A stretch of 64,000 nucleotides of DNA from a virus (lineage: Duplodnaviria > Caudoviricetes). The stretch covers positions 160,001-224,000 of the IMG/VR virus record IMGVR_UViG_3300023283_000076, one strand, 5' to 3'. A model generated the notes under the pieces. It did no database searches. It was not told the origin of the DNA and saw only the letters and a list, made by a program, of their open reading frames with translations. This document shows positions 29,986-41,700 of the stretch, piece by piece; position 1 is the first letter of the stretch, and each line of letters begins with the position of its first letter. The position numbers were made by a program, and so were the translations under genes.

Positions 29986-30786
29986 TTACTGTTCAGGTGG
30001 ATCTAAATCTGCTACATCAAATATTGTTTTATAGCCCTCATCAGGATTATCACCTCTAGCGGCGGCAGATTCTTTAATTTCTGCAACCGATGATATGTCC
30101 AAATTTTCCAATGTTTGAACCCGCGCTTTTATTTTTTGTACTATATTCTCTCTTACCTGAACCGGGGCAGACATCCATGCTAAAAACTGAAATGATAGCG
30201 TCGATGACAATATTCTTTTATCTGTTCCCGCAGGATAATTTTCTTCTAACGTTATACCGTTTAATCTAACATAATTTAAAGCGGTCCAGTCATCTGCATC
30301 ATCTGATGTGTTAAATTGAATTTCCGGGCGAAATAATAAAAATATCTGTTCCAAAAGTTCATATTTTTGATGAAGACTGGAAGTTAATATATTAAGCTCT
30401 ACACCAAACCAATATGGAATTGGCATTAATTTTGTTACAGTTTTAAGATCATCCGGGAATGTTCCTCCGCGAGGGAATGTTACATGGGTATGTGTGGTCC
30501 CCTGTCCCTTCATTCTGTCTGTAGCTATTTCTATTGCTGTTATATGCGCCGCAATTGACGGTAATTGAATTGGAACGTTTGGAGTATTGTCTGCTAATAT
30601 ATACGCTACTACTTTGTCCTTTGACCCGTGCACTACTGGTACTCTTATCAAATTAGAGTTTGAGCCATTTTCATTTTTTCCTGTTGACACTTGAACTCCA
30701 GAAAATATAGCCATGAATTGAACAAGATATTTTTCTATCTGTGCTTGAAAATAATAATCGTTTAAACTTGAATTTTGTGTTGTCAT
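29986..30786 (-). CDS. Tail sheath stabiliser/terminator (gp15-like)
   Basis: QIEKYLVQFMAIFS..IRVPV..G..LP..P.PY...ELNI..LEQI..F.P. Confidence 0.8.
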   Translation of the reverse strand: MTTQNSSLNDYYFQAQIEKYLVQFMAIFSGVQVSTGKNENGSNSNLIRVPVVHGSKDKVVAYILADNTPNVPIQLPSIAAHITAIEIATDRMKGQGTTHTHVTFPRGGTFPDDLKTVTKLMPIPYWFGVELNILTSSLHQKYELLEQIFLLFRPEIQFNTSDDADDWTALNYVRLNGITLEENYPAGTDKRILSSTLSFQFLAWMSAPVQVRENIVQKIKARVQTLENLDISSVAEIKESAAARGDNPDEGYKTIFDVADLDPPEQ

Positions 30787-30793
30787 GGTTAAA

Positions 30794-30829
30794 TTATATG
30801 TACTATTATATGTACTATTATATGTATTA
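30794..30829. repeat. 12-bp tandem repeat x3 (TTATATGTACTA) in the gp15-like 5' UTR
   Basis: ttatatgtacta ttatatgtacta ttatatgtatta. Confidence 0.9.
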
Positions 30830-30873
30830 TTTATTAATGTTATTTTTTTAGAAGTAGTTGAAATATATTGACA

Positions 30874-33800
30874 TCAGATCAACCCTGTATTATAGTTTTC
30901 GGACACTTCTGTGCTGGTAAGCGCCCTATCGTAAAAGACGATCTTGTCAAGAATCCCATCAAGCTCAAAGCCTGAATCCCCGGAGAAAATCGAGCCGATG
31001 TGAAAAATTGTCCCGTGTACGTCGCCACTCTCAACAGGCCCTGAATTTACAGCGACTCCATCGACATAAATCGTGCCCGTAGAGCCACTCCGAGTCACTA
31101 CAACATTATGCGGCTCTCCGTCGGTGATTCCGGTGTCACCTCCGGAGTCAAAGTTGGACGGATCGCCGCCCGTCCTTGTAAATACCCGGATATGGCCGGG
31201 GGTGAGGTTTCCTGTCGCATCGCCATTTATGCTGATGAAAATTCTTGCATTGAAGTTATCCGAGTCCCACATAAGCATTTCATTCGCTTCATTGGTCGTT
31301 TGAATCCAGAATTCACAAGTGAAATCACCATTGCCATCCCAGATCGGAACCTCTATATGTGCTTGGTTGCCCGGCACTCGCATCGCGGCTGTGCTGCCCG
31401 ATGCAAGCGGCGTAGCCCCGAGCGTGGGTGTACCACGGAACGTGCCATCGTTTCCGTTACCGGATGAGTCAGCAGCGGCCACTCCGCTGGTCTCATCGAC
31501 TTTCCAGTAGCCAAGCGGGTTGCGAGAAAGAATAACCTCGTCATGCGTGACCGTTTTTAATGGTGGACCGCTCTTGTATGGGTGGTCTGCGGGCAGGTTG
31601 GATTCAATCCCGAATTTGTGGGCGAGGTATCCTTCTAGTTTTTGTCTGTCATCAGTCGAAAGTGCGGAGGCTGTCATCACAAGCGCCCTGAATTTGCCGC
31701 TCATATTGACGCTCGAAGACCCGTCAGCGGCAACGGCGTTCATTGTATCGACGGTGTTGACCGTTGTAGTTCCGCTAGTGTTTTCGGATACACCATCCCG
31801 CCAAATAGTATGGTCACCCATTGTAGTACCGTCTAATATAGCGCCATAGATGCCACCCCCCGAATCGTTCAAGGATGTAGTTGTGCCGCCTCCTTGAATT
31901 TCCAACCTGATCCCCCCATTATCTTGCCGAAATGTCCAGCGAGTGCCTTCATCAGACAACTCACTGTAGTTCATGCTAAAAAGTCCACGATCTGAGCTTG
32001 AACCGGGGTCTACAACCATCATAAGCGTTCTGTTATCGCTACCTGAAATTCCGAGCGTGGGTAGGTCTCCGCGTTGCGTGCCCCCGGCAAATACCAAATG
32101 CTGGCTCTTGGAATCTGTGGCTATTGCTGGATTCGTGTTAAAGGTCATGTGACGGCCATTACCGCTTATATCATCAAGCTGCTGGGCATCTCCATTGACG
32201 TCTGTTGTGATCGTGTCGTTTTCGCTTGCATCAAGCCATAGCGACGTAGTGATGTCTGCAGGGGTCCATAGGTCCTCGTATACAAACGCTGCCGCGAGCG
32301 TGTCGGATTCACTTCCCTGAGTCACCGCCACGTCAACTGTTCCGGTTCCAGCCGGGGTCGTGCAAGTGATTTCTGTTTTACTGACAACCGTGATGTTGGT
32401 TGCAGATACACCGCCGAAGGTAACTGTCGCGCTGTTACCGGTGTCGAAATTCTCGCCGGTGATCGTGACGCTGGTTCCGCCTGCTTCATCGCCTGTAGTC
32501 GGGTTGATGCTACTTATAGACAACATTCTGGCTTCTGATTGGGCCTGTATTTGAGCTGCAGAAAGCACCTTCCGGTAAAACGCTACCAACTGCACGCTTG
32601 CGTCACTTTCTTTGGTTATAGATGAATCCCTTACCGCACCGATTGCAATTTCCCCTCGTGAGGATAATCGTCCAAGACCTCCGGATAACGTCCCGGTTGC
32701 AACAGAAACACCATCTACAAATACCTCGACAGCGTCTGTTGAGTCTGTGAAAGTTACGTGGACAAGGTGTGTGGTTGCATCTGCCGTTAGGCCGGTAGAA
32801 GAACTGTACTGCTCCCACGATCCGTTAAAAACTTTCACTAAGATCGAACCATCTGATTCAAGTGATACTTCAGTTCCCTGATTGTTGGAGACCGTTCTAA
32901 TTCCCCAATGATTTGACAGATTCCCTCCAGTGTCTCTTCGCGCAAGAAATGCGAACGTTGCATCATCGCCTTTTTTGGGCTGGTCTGCATTTGTCGCAGA
33001 TGTGGTTGAATATGTATCAGCCAACCCTGCATTGTTGTTCGTTAAGTCAACTGAATCTATTGCAAAGCCGTCTAGCGCCCCGGCAGTCCCTACGTTCGAT
33101 CCTCGATCAAGTGTGCTGACACCAGATACAGACTCGGTTACTGTCGAGCCAGCTTGATCAAAGTTCCAAAGCTGGATCGGAGAATCTGCTAGCATTACGT
33201 CAACCAAGCTATCAGAAGACTGCATACTGGTTTGTGTTGGTGATGGTGTAGGTGTTGGAGTAACACTCTCAGATATCGATGGTGTGGGTGTTGGTGTAGC
33301 ACTCTCAGATACTGATGGTGTAGGTGTTGGTGTAGGTGTAGTACTATCAGATACCGATGGTGTAGGTGTTGGAGTGGGGGTGGGGGTAACACTCTCAGAT
33401 ATCGATGGCGGGCTGTTCTTGTAGGGGTGGTCTGCTGGCAATTGGCTTTCTAGTCCATGCCGATGGTGCAGATATCCTTCAACTTTTTCACGCTCTGCGG
33501 GAGCATTTTTCAAGATCAAAACCTCGCCCATAGCGCCGTTCAGGTAATCACCAGTCGATAATCCAGTCAGCCTGCCAAGTCTTACCTGCCCTCCTGTTGT
33601 CATTTCAGCAACTGCGCCGGATGTGGTGACGTTGCTGATTTCCGTTGCGGCGTCGTAGATCCTGACAGACGTCCCGACGATTTTCCTAAGCTGCGATACG
33701 AAAAGAGGTTTTCCGGAATTGGGGAAGCTGTTAAATACCGAGCTGTCGGCACGGGTTGAATTGTTAAACGCTTGTAAAAGCTGTCTGGTGTCTCGAATAT

Positions 33801-35748
33801 ACCGAGCTAACCAAAAGCCAGACGAGTGCTCGCCGAAAGCTATAATCCCTTCATACTCTGCGGCAGCCCCGACCGCATCAGCACGCATAACAATAAATGC
33901 TTCGTACTCATCATTTGTGCCGTCTTCGGGGTTAATATCAGGCCCGAGGAATTCTTGGTTATTGTCGAATTGCCAAAACGCTCGCCCGTTAATATTGACC
34001 GTAGTCGGAGCGCCGTTCGAAACGAAGTCATGGTTGTTCCCAGATTTATCGAGCCAATTAAATTCGCCACCCCCGGCATCCGTTACTGTGGATGCGTCGT
34101 CGCGATCAAGCCAGATAGGAAGATTTGCGGCGGGGATGCTTGCCGGTGTCCAAACGCTTGATGCTGCTGTAAACTCAAACGCCCCCGCCAGTGTCTCGGA
34201 CTCGCCACCTTGAGTCAGAACCACGTCAACTGTTCCGGTGCCAGCCGGAGTAGTACACGTGATTTCGGTATCGCTGACCACGACGATATTGGTCGCATCG
34301 ATGCCGCCGAAGGTGACTGTAGCCGCTGTGCCTGTATCGAAATTCTCGCCCGTGATCGTAACATCGGTGCCACCTGCTTCATCACCTGTCGTCGGGTTGA
34401 TGCTACTTATAGACAACATACCGGATTGTGGTGATGTTACGTTTATATCCGATCCGATTTGAAAATATTCTTTCCCATTTTGTATTATACTAAGTTGATC
34501 TGAACTAGGATCTTCTATAGGAAAACTTATTATATTTGAAGTAGGAACAGTATCATCATATGTAAAAGTATTATCCCATTGACGTATTTTAAGTGCTTGT
34601 GCTATACGATCTATCCTACATGCAAAGGCATTTATTGTATCTCCACTTCCCGCAAACGCCAATCCAACAATCTTCTTAACTCCACCAAATTCTGCTATTA
34701 ATGCAGATCCAGAATCCCCACCATCAATTATTCCAGCGCTTCCATCAGAATGTTGATAATGTATAATATCACCAAATGGTATAGACAAATTTCCATTATC
34801 AAAACCTACGTTTATATTAACACCCAATCCCACTGCCTCTATTGTACAAGCAGGGTCAGTTCCCCACCCTTTAGGTCCTGTTGTTCGTCCCACAGAAAAC
34901 ATTTTCGGTTTGGGTGTATCTAATAAACTATCAATTTCTGTGGTAGTAGCAAATGGTAAGAATGCGGTAGATTCGGTCACTCCTGAAGGATGGTGTATTT
35001 TAAAAGAATCGTTTTCAGTTATATTTTGAGGATTCATTATAAGAAGTGCAGTATCTACGTAGTTCATTTGACCATCGTTATGCATTGGATGGTATCTTTT
35101 GATATCAGAAGATACATCAATGATACTATCAGCAAATCCGGTTCCACTTCTAGCTCTCGCAGATGAAGAATAGGATTGACCATCAACAGGCCAATTAAAT
35201 TCTTTTTTTGTATTATACGGATTATCACTTTCTTCACGTATGTCTCTATTTGAGGTAAACAGCAATTTATCTACTACCACATGGGCATTGGTTATTCCTA
35301 CGACTTTATCATCTATATCATCTACTGCAAAAAACCCTAATGTTCCAACACTAAATCCGGATGGATCTCCTGATGTATTAGTTTCCCAACCAAGTGGGAA
35401 TTTTATTATTTCTTGACCACCTTTCAATGGTGTTATAAGTGAAGGATTGCCTTGCAATTTAAGTATATCTGGATCGTTGGAGTTAGAGAAACATGCCATG
35501 AATTTTATTTCATTTATTTCTTTAACATCAGTTTTAAATTTCGTTCCATCTATTTCTATTTCTTCAGGTACTATTTCTGAGGGGGATAATTGATCTAACG
35601 ATTTCTTTTCTGGGACACTCACTCTTATACATATCTCTGACGTTTCCTTCCCATCCTTTTCTTTTCTAGCAATTGATATTGATCTACAGTTATAACTGTT
35701 TTCTTTAAATAATTTCTCAATTTCATGTTTTATGTTATTAATATCCAT
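30874..35748 (-). CDS. Mosaic virion protein: Nal1-like trypsin serine protease, IPT/TIG, LamG-like lectin domains, PT linker
   Basis: GTLG..TNAHVV..VDTAL..GRTTG..GDSGS triad; two IPT modules; WLD/PADHPYK and YWKVDETSG LamG-like modules. Confidence 0.8.
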   Translation of the reverse strand: MDINNIKHEIEKLFKENSYNCRSISIARKEKDGKETSEICIRVSVPEKKSLDQLSPSEIVPEEIEIDGTKFKTDVKEINEIKFMACFSNSNDPDILKLQGNPSLITPLKGGQEIIKFPLGWETNTSGDPSGFSVGTLGFFAVDDIDDKVVGITNAHVVVDKLLFTSNRDIREESDNPYNTKKEFNWPVDGQSYSSSARARSGTGFADSIIDVSSDIKRYHPMHNDGQMNYVDTALLIMNPQNITENDSFKIHHPSGVTESTAFLPFATTTEIDSLLDTPKPKMFSVGRTTGPKGWGTDPACTIEAVGLGVNINVGFDNGNLSIPFGDIIHYQHSDGSAGIIDGGDSGSALIAEFGGVKKIVGLAFAGSGDTINAFACRIDRIAQALKIRQWDNTFTYDDTVPTSNIISFPIEDPSSDQLSIIQNGKEYFQIGSDINVTSPQSGMLSISSINPTTGDEAGGTDVTITGENFDTGTAATVTFGGIDATNIVVVSDTEITCTTPAGTGTVDVVLTQGGESETLAGAFEFTAASSVWTPASIPAANLPIWLDRDDASTVTDAGGGEFNWLDKSGNNHDFVSNGAPTTVNINGRAFWQFDNNQEFLGPDINPEDGTNDEYEAFIVMRADAVGAAAEYEGIIAFGEHSSGFWLARYIRDTRQLLQAFNNSTRADSSVFNSFPNSGKPLFVSQLRKIVGTSVRIYDAATEISNVTTSGAVAEMTTGGQVRLGRLTGLSTGDYLNGAMGEVLILKNAPAEREKVEGYLHHRHGLESQLPADHPYKNSPPSISESVTPTPTPTPTPSVSDSTTPTPTPTPSVSESATPTPTPSISESVTPTPTPSPTQTSMQSSDSLVDVMLADSPIQLWNFDQAGSTVTESVSGVSTLDRGSNVGTAGALDGFAIDSVDLTNNNAGLADTYSTTSATNADQPKKGDDATFAFLARRDTGGNLSNHWGIRTVSNNQGTEVSLESDGSILVKVFNGSWEQYSSSTGLTADATTHLVHVTFTDSTDAVEVFVDGVSVATGTLSGGLGRLSSRGEIAIGAVRDSSITKESDASVQLVAFYRKVLSAAQIQAQSEARMLSISSINPTTGDEAGGTSVTITGENFDTGNSATVTFGGVSATNITVVSKTEITCTTPAGTGTVDVAVTQGSESDTLAAAFVYEDLWTPADITTSLWLDASENDTITTDVNGDAQQLDDISGNGRHMTFNTNPAIATDSKSQHLVFAGGTQRGDLPTLGISGSDNRTLMMVVDPGSSSDRGLFSMNYSELSDEGTRWTFRQDNGGIRLEIQGGGTTTSLNDSGGGIYGAILDGTTMGDHTIWRDGVSENTSGTTTVNTVDTMNAVAADGSSSVNMSGKFRALVMTASALSTDDRQKLEGYLAHKFGIESNLPADHPYKSGPPLKTVTHDEVILSRNPLGYWKVDETSGVAAADSSGNGNDGTFRGTPTLGATPLASGSTAAMRVPGNQAHIEVPIWDGNGDFTCEFWIQTTNEANEMLMWDSDNFNARIFISINGDATGNLTPGHIRVFTRTGGDPSNFDSGGDTGITDGEPHNVVVTRSGSTGTIYVDGVAVNSGPVESGDVHGTIFHIGSIFSGDSGFELDGILDKIVFYDRALTSTEVSENYNTGLI

Positions 35749-35751
35749 AAA

Positions 35752-38700
35752 TTAATTCTCCCATGTTATAAAGATAGTAGAAACGTCATTCAGATTTGAT
35801 GGCGTTGGCGTAGGTGTAGGCGTGGGAGTAGCACTCTCAGATATCGATGGTGTGGGTGTTGGAGTAACACTCTCAGATACTGACGGTGTAGGTGTTGGAG
35901 TAGCACTCTCAGATATCGATGGTGTTGGTGTAGGTGTGGCACTCTCAGATACCGACGGTGTAGGTGTTGGAGTAGCACTCTCAGATATTGATGGTGTTGG
36001 TGTGGGTGTTACACTTTCAGATACTGACGGTGTTGGCGTAGGTGTTACACTATCAGATATTGATGGTGTTGGTGTAGGTGTGGCACTCTCAGATACCGAC
36101 GGTGTAGGTGTTGGAGTAACACTCTCAGATACTGACGGTGTAGGTGTAGGTGTAGGTGTAGGTGTAGTACTATCAGATACCGATGGTGTAGGTGTTGGAG
36201 TTGCACTATCAGATGTCGATGGCGTAGGTATAGGTGTTGCACTTTCAGATATTGATGGTGTGGGTGTTGGAGTGACGCTCTCAGAAACTGACGGTGTGGG
36301 TGTAGGTGTTACACTATCAGATATTGTTGGTGTAGGAGTAGGTGTAGCACTTTCAGAAACTGACGGTGTAGGTGTAACACTCTCAGATGTTGTAAATTCA
36401 AATGCCCCCACCAGCGTATCCGCTATACCGTTCTGTGTGACCACAACGTCAACTATTCCGGTACCAGCCGGGGTCGTGCAGGTGATTTCGGTATCACTGA
36501 CTATCGTGATGTTAGTCGCAAGTACATTATCAAACCTGACTGTCGCGCTTCTGCCGGTGTCGAAATTCTCGCCCGTGATCGTAACGTCGGTTCCCCCAGC
36601 TTCATCCCCTGAAGTCGGGCTGATGCTACTTAGAGATATCACACTTGGTGTCGGTGTCGGAGTAAATCCGCTACCCTGACTAGGTGTCGGTGTCGGAGTA
36701 AATCCGCTGCTCTGAGTAGGGCTCGGCGTGGGAGTAACGCTTATAGATACTGACGGTGTAGGTGTGGGAGTAACACTTATAGATATTGACGGAGTAGGTG
36801 TGGGTGTGACACTTGTAGATACTGATGGCGTAGGCGTGGGTGTGACAGAAACCGATGGTGTTGGAGAGGGTAATATTTCACCACAGTCAATTTCTGAAGG
36901 AAACACCTGTATTATATCCTCCAGTGTTGGCGTATTTAATTCTACCCTGTTAGATACATCTACAGATACCCATGAAGTTTTAAATATATCAGGATGTTTT
37001 TGATTTAACGATACTGAACGCTCCAGTAATTCAAAGAAAATATCGTTAACTTCAACAGCAGAAAATATTTCATATATCGATTTATAAAAATCTCTTATAC
37101 CTTCTATTCTATCTAAATCAAAACTATCAATGAATTCTTCTATGTCAACTCGCTCCCACTGTCTTGAAGGATCCAGTAGTACTTCCATAGTTAATTTCAT
37201 TATCTCAGGCTTGTCCATAAGAACTCTGCCATTATATAACCCTATTCTTGATGTTGCTCCTTCTATTAAAGTATCAAATCGTATTCTGCTTTCGCTTGGA
37301 AGTGACGATTCTGTATCAAGATCAAAATCATTATTGATCACAGTTTTTTCAGTTGCAGCTTCTATAACCTTCTTCCACAATAATAAATCTATTTTTCCAG
37401 ATTGTTTTCTTCTAGTTAATTTCCATGACCAATGCTTATTACTTAATTTTAAGTCCTTTTTGTTTAATCGATCACGTAAGGTATAATCTTTAGTAAGGCG
37501 TAATATGTAATTATTATCGTCTTTAACGGTTCGATTTAATCCCTTTATAGTACATGCAGAGAATCGTGTTGGCAGGGTATTATCTTCTGGATCATATGTG
37601 CTACCGAATAAAACACCGTAACCCGTTCCTTCATTTCTAAAGCCATGTATTATGGCAAAAGGTTCTGACATTGATTTATATGCTCGTTCAGCATCAAATA
37701 AAGTTAGAGAAGTATTTTGCAGCAATTTTTCTGAGCGCATATCGGACACCCAATAAAAATAAATATATTCTTCCTCTAATGAGTTAGTATTGAATGACTT
37801 AACTTTGGTATGTGGATAAATTATTACATACTCTTCATTTTCCAGTTCTTCTTGTGTTGGTTCGTGTGGTTCCCGCACAAGAGTTAACATATCTTTTTGT
37901 TGTATGTCCCCAGATGTTATATCATTGTCTATCATTACTTCTAAGGCAGATGCATTATCATATTCTATAGATCGTAGAAATTCTCCGTTAACATATACGT
38001 TTAAAGAATCACCGGAGGAAAACATAGAAGTATCGTTTGTATTGTCATATCCTGCCACAGGAAATTTTGATACTGTTATCGTCTCTTCCTGCCATATTGG
38101 TTCTTCTGTAGTTCCAATATTTTTATATACTATTCTACGAGGATTTCCGGTAACTTTCTCTGACAGTTCTATTCGTCTATTTTCATCCTCTTCCGCTTGT
38201 TCAATGTATTCAGTTGGGGAGAGCGTTGTCTGGATCCATTTATAAAGTTTAACATCACCAAATTCTTCTAATTGTCCCCACACTAAACTTCTTTCGTCTT
38301 CTGTTAAAAAGATATCTTCATCAAAATATGGTTTATAAAATTGTCTGGACGTATCTAACCAAATAGTTCCTGTTTCTTTACTGTGCCAGTAATTTTTTTT
38401 CACCCTACTTTCATTTAAATCATTAGTGTATTTCGCCGGGTCATCGGGTCTATCTATATCAATAGGAAACTCACCAAGTGGATTATGTTGATCCAATGCG
38501 GGGTTCCATATAGGAATTTCTTTTAGCACCTTTTCTGGTTTTTTAGTTTCGATTAATCTAAGTGGGTTTTCTTCTTCATATGCATAGGTTAATGTTACGA
38601 CTTTAATATTTTCCCAATCATCAAAATCTTCATCTATAAATTCTAAAATTCTAGAGTTTATGAATCTAAAGGATATTCCTTCGGATGCATTTTTTTCTGT

Positions 38701-41700
38701 CCCATCTATTGTATATGTTACAATTGCACCATATGCTGGTTTGTTTAATTTTATTGATTTATTACCGGTTCCTCTTTGGAATTGTGTAAGCTCTGCAAGA
38801 TTTTCGGCATTTAAAATAATCTCTTGTTCTTTGGCGTCAAAGAAATATCCATTATGCGGATTCATTAACCGTATTACATCAGGTAAATTATTCCAACGCT
38901 CAACATCATTTAACCTAATAGGAATGGCGTTTCTAATTATAACCCCGCCAGTAGGTGGGGCAAATTCTAATCTTAATTCTCGTTTGATAACGTCATCTGT
39001 TTTTAACTTTATCTCTGGATATGATTTTCTTTCTGAATCTCCAAATTCACAAAGTCTATATGCCCAATATTCATCTATGTTCACGTTTTCTAATAATCTA
39101 TGACCAGTAAACGCTGTTAAGGATTTGTTTGTTCCTTTATTTTGTATAAAAGATTTCCAAAAAATAAATTGAGACTTTTCGTCTATGCCCAAATCAAACA
39201 TAAATTGATTAGGTCCTTGATATCCAACGGATTTTTTTGCCTCAATAGAAGTTTTGTCGGTCTCTATAGACTTATATGGGTCGTAATAATACCGTATATC
39301 TTCTATAGATTTTTCTATACTATCTATCAATGAATTATTGTTCAATACTAACCCACCAACACTAGGTCGACCAGTTTTTTCTGTTGGCTTTATAAATTCT
39401 AGAAATATTCTGGGGGTTGCTATACCTAAGAATGAGTCGTATATCAATTTATCTCCGGTGCTATACGGGTCAAAGTTGCATATATGGCTAACATCAATCA
39501 ATGAGGTACTTCCGCCAGCTATAACTTTATTAGTATTCTCAGTTAATGCTATTTTTGATTTGGTATCTTTTCTATATAATAATACATCTTCTAAATCTAA
39601 GTGTTTTAATTCACTGTCGTATAGCGAGTTATTTTGGAAAACATTAGAATTGTTTGTTTCTACGAATGACTCCAAAAGGCCGTTTTCATGTTCTACAGAA
39701 AATTGTATTTTATAAGGATTTAATATTCTATTGGGGAACTTTTTGTTTTTTCTGAAGACACTTATTTCTATAATACCATTTCCTGTATTGAATGGTATAT
39801 TTTTTCCATTTAATGCATCTCTTTCGGTAAATGCTAATTGAATGTTTCCACTGTTAGTGATTATTATATAATATGGTATAAAACTATTAAACGGAAAGTT
39901 AAGTTCATCTGGGACAGTACCATTCTCGCCGGCAACGTCATTAATTGAAACCTTGTCCCCTGTTCCAAATATTATATTGGTTTGTGGTTTAAATGCATTG
40001 CTGTTTCGGTCTACTTCAACTTTTATCGAAGGAGTGGCGTTTATACTGGTTAACAAGAGCTTGTTAGCCCATGAAAGATATTTTTCTAATTCTACTTGCC
40101 AACTATTTCCTCTTCCAGTTTCTTCATCAACATTATCTTGTCGTTCGTTTTCCGATAATATTCCAGTATATTCTAGATAATCATTATATCCTAAAATAAA
40201 GTCTACTAAATTTTGTAATCTTGATATTGTGATGTTTCCAGTATATTCATGTATTTTTCTAGTATCTGGTTCATAATGTCTAAATGGAATATCTGGATCC
40301 CCGCCCAATGGTTTAAAGGTTCTCGCGAGGTTACCAACCCAGAAACACCCGGCACCGGTTGAGAGATTTATTAATTCTTTATTGTCAATTGCATTAGCTT
40401 GCGTATTTGCTAGTTTAAATGTAAAATCATCTATTTTAATAAGATAATATGGTTTCTCTTTGTCTAATGCTCCCGGTAAGGTTCCATCAGTATCTAGATA
40501 TACTTCTTGACCGGTATCCCATGGAAGAGTGATTGCGTTTTGTGGTATTATTACCCCGTCCACGGTTTCAGATGATAAACCCCTATCTTCTTCTACTCTG
40601 ATAATCGTTTTTGCGTCATCGCGGGAAAATGCTACTGACTCTATAGTGAATTCACCATTAAAATTCTCTGAATTAATAATTTCTATAGTGTCCCCGATTT
40701 TAAAATATCTTGTTTGGTTTCCTTTTAAAAAGAATATATTATCAAATTCTAATGATGTTGTACCTGTGTCAGAGAAAAATCCAGTTTGTATATTAGTAAA
40801 TAACGTGTCGGAAGATACGTTTATACTCGATGTTGATGTATCAACATTTGTATTATCACTCTCTATAATGATAGAACCGGACTCGATTGAGGCTGACGCA
40901 CCTGATAGTTGCTCATTTAATGATTGTAATATTTTGTTTATTGTTGGTGGTGTTTGTGCGTTTCCAACAATAGTGACTGTAGTTGATGTTTGTCCATCCA
41001 CTTCTATAGTTGCTTGATAAGTAGATGTTAAGTTGCTTATAGTATCTAACGAAAGCGGATCACTATACGTTGCCCTCCAAAACCCTCTAGTATTAGATAT
41101 ACTCGCATCTTCTATTTTATAAGATGAAATTCCAAATTCTGAATCAGATAATTGTCTAAATTCATAATTTTGTGGATGAAATGTTTCTAATGTTTTTACT
41201 TTTTTCGGAGTTTGAGATTCTAATTCAAATACCCAATTCTTACTGTCATATATTGAATCTGAAAATCTTGAAGGAATTTTTCGTATGGATGCTTTTATTG
41301 ACGCAAATAAATTACTTATTTTTGTAGTATCTTTTAATATATCAACAGAAAAATCCTTATCTGTTATATCTATTGTATCTCCCTGAACCCGCAGTGTAGT
41401 ATCATTTATAAATGTGTTAAACAGATATGACAGTCTTGGTTCCCAATTTTTCCATATATTTCTATACAATGACGATGCGCCATCCTTTTCATTAAATCTA
41501 TTATAGTGGACTAACCACTGTTGCAGTCCGTGTGATATGTATGGAGAACCTTCACGTATTTCTCCGTGAAATGTCGTATTTTTATGTGAGAGTACCTTTT
41601 CTGTTTTTTTATCAACTAATAAACAATCTACGTATTGGAATTGATTTCCATATGCCTTATTGAAAAATTTAAGAGGATCTAGTTTATATGCTATTTTAAT

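Noticed and set aside
30880-34430. Inserted transposon or prophage explaining the GC-rich block
   Set aside because: It is in frame within one ORF, with no transposase, integrase or terminal repeats.
32278-36642. DGR template/variable repeat pair among the IPT or WD40 repeats
   Set aside because: No reverse transcriptase in the window, and the differences I inspected are not adenine-specific.
35790-36900. Regular DNA repeats resembling a CRISPR array
   Set aside because: They are in-frame PT coding repeats with no unique spacers and no cas genes.
35822-37003. Long + strand ORFs (GVGVALSD repeats) and similar antisense ORFs at 728-2410, 5018, 18872, 22904, 31073-34462, 37130-54065
   Set aside because: Shadow frames of real genes, caused by repetitive or GC-rich codons; no RBS or family motifs.
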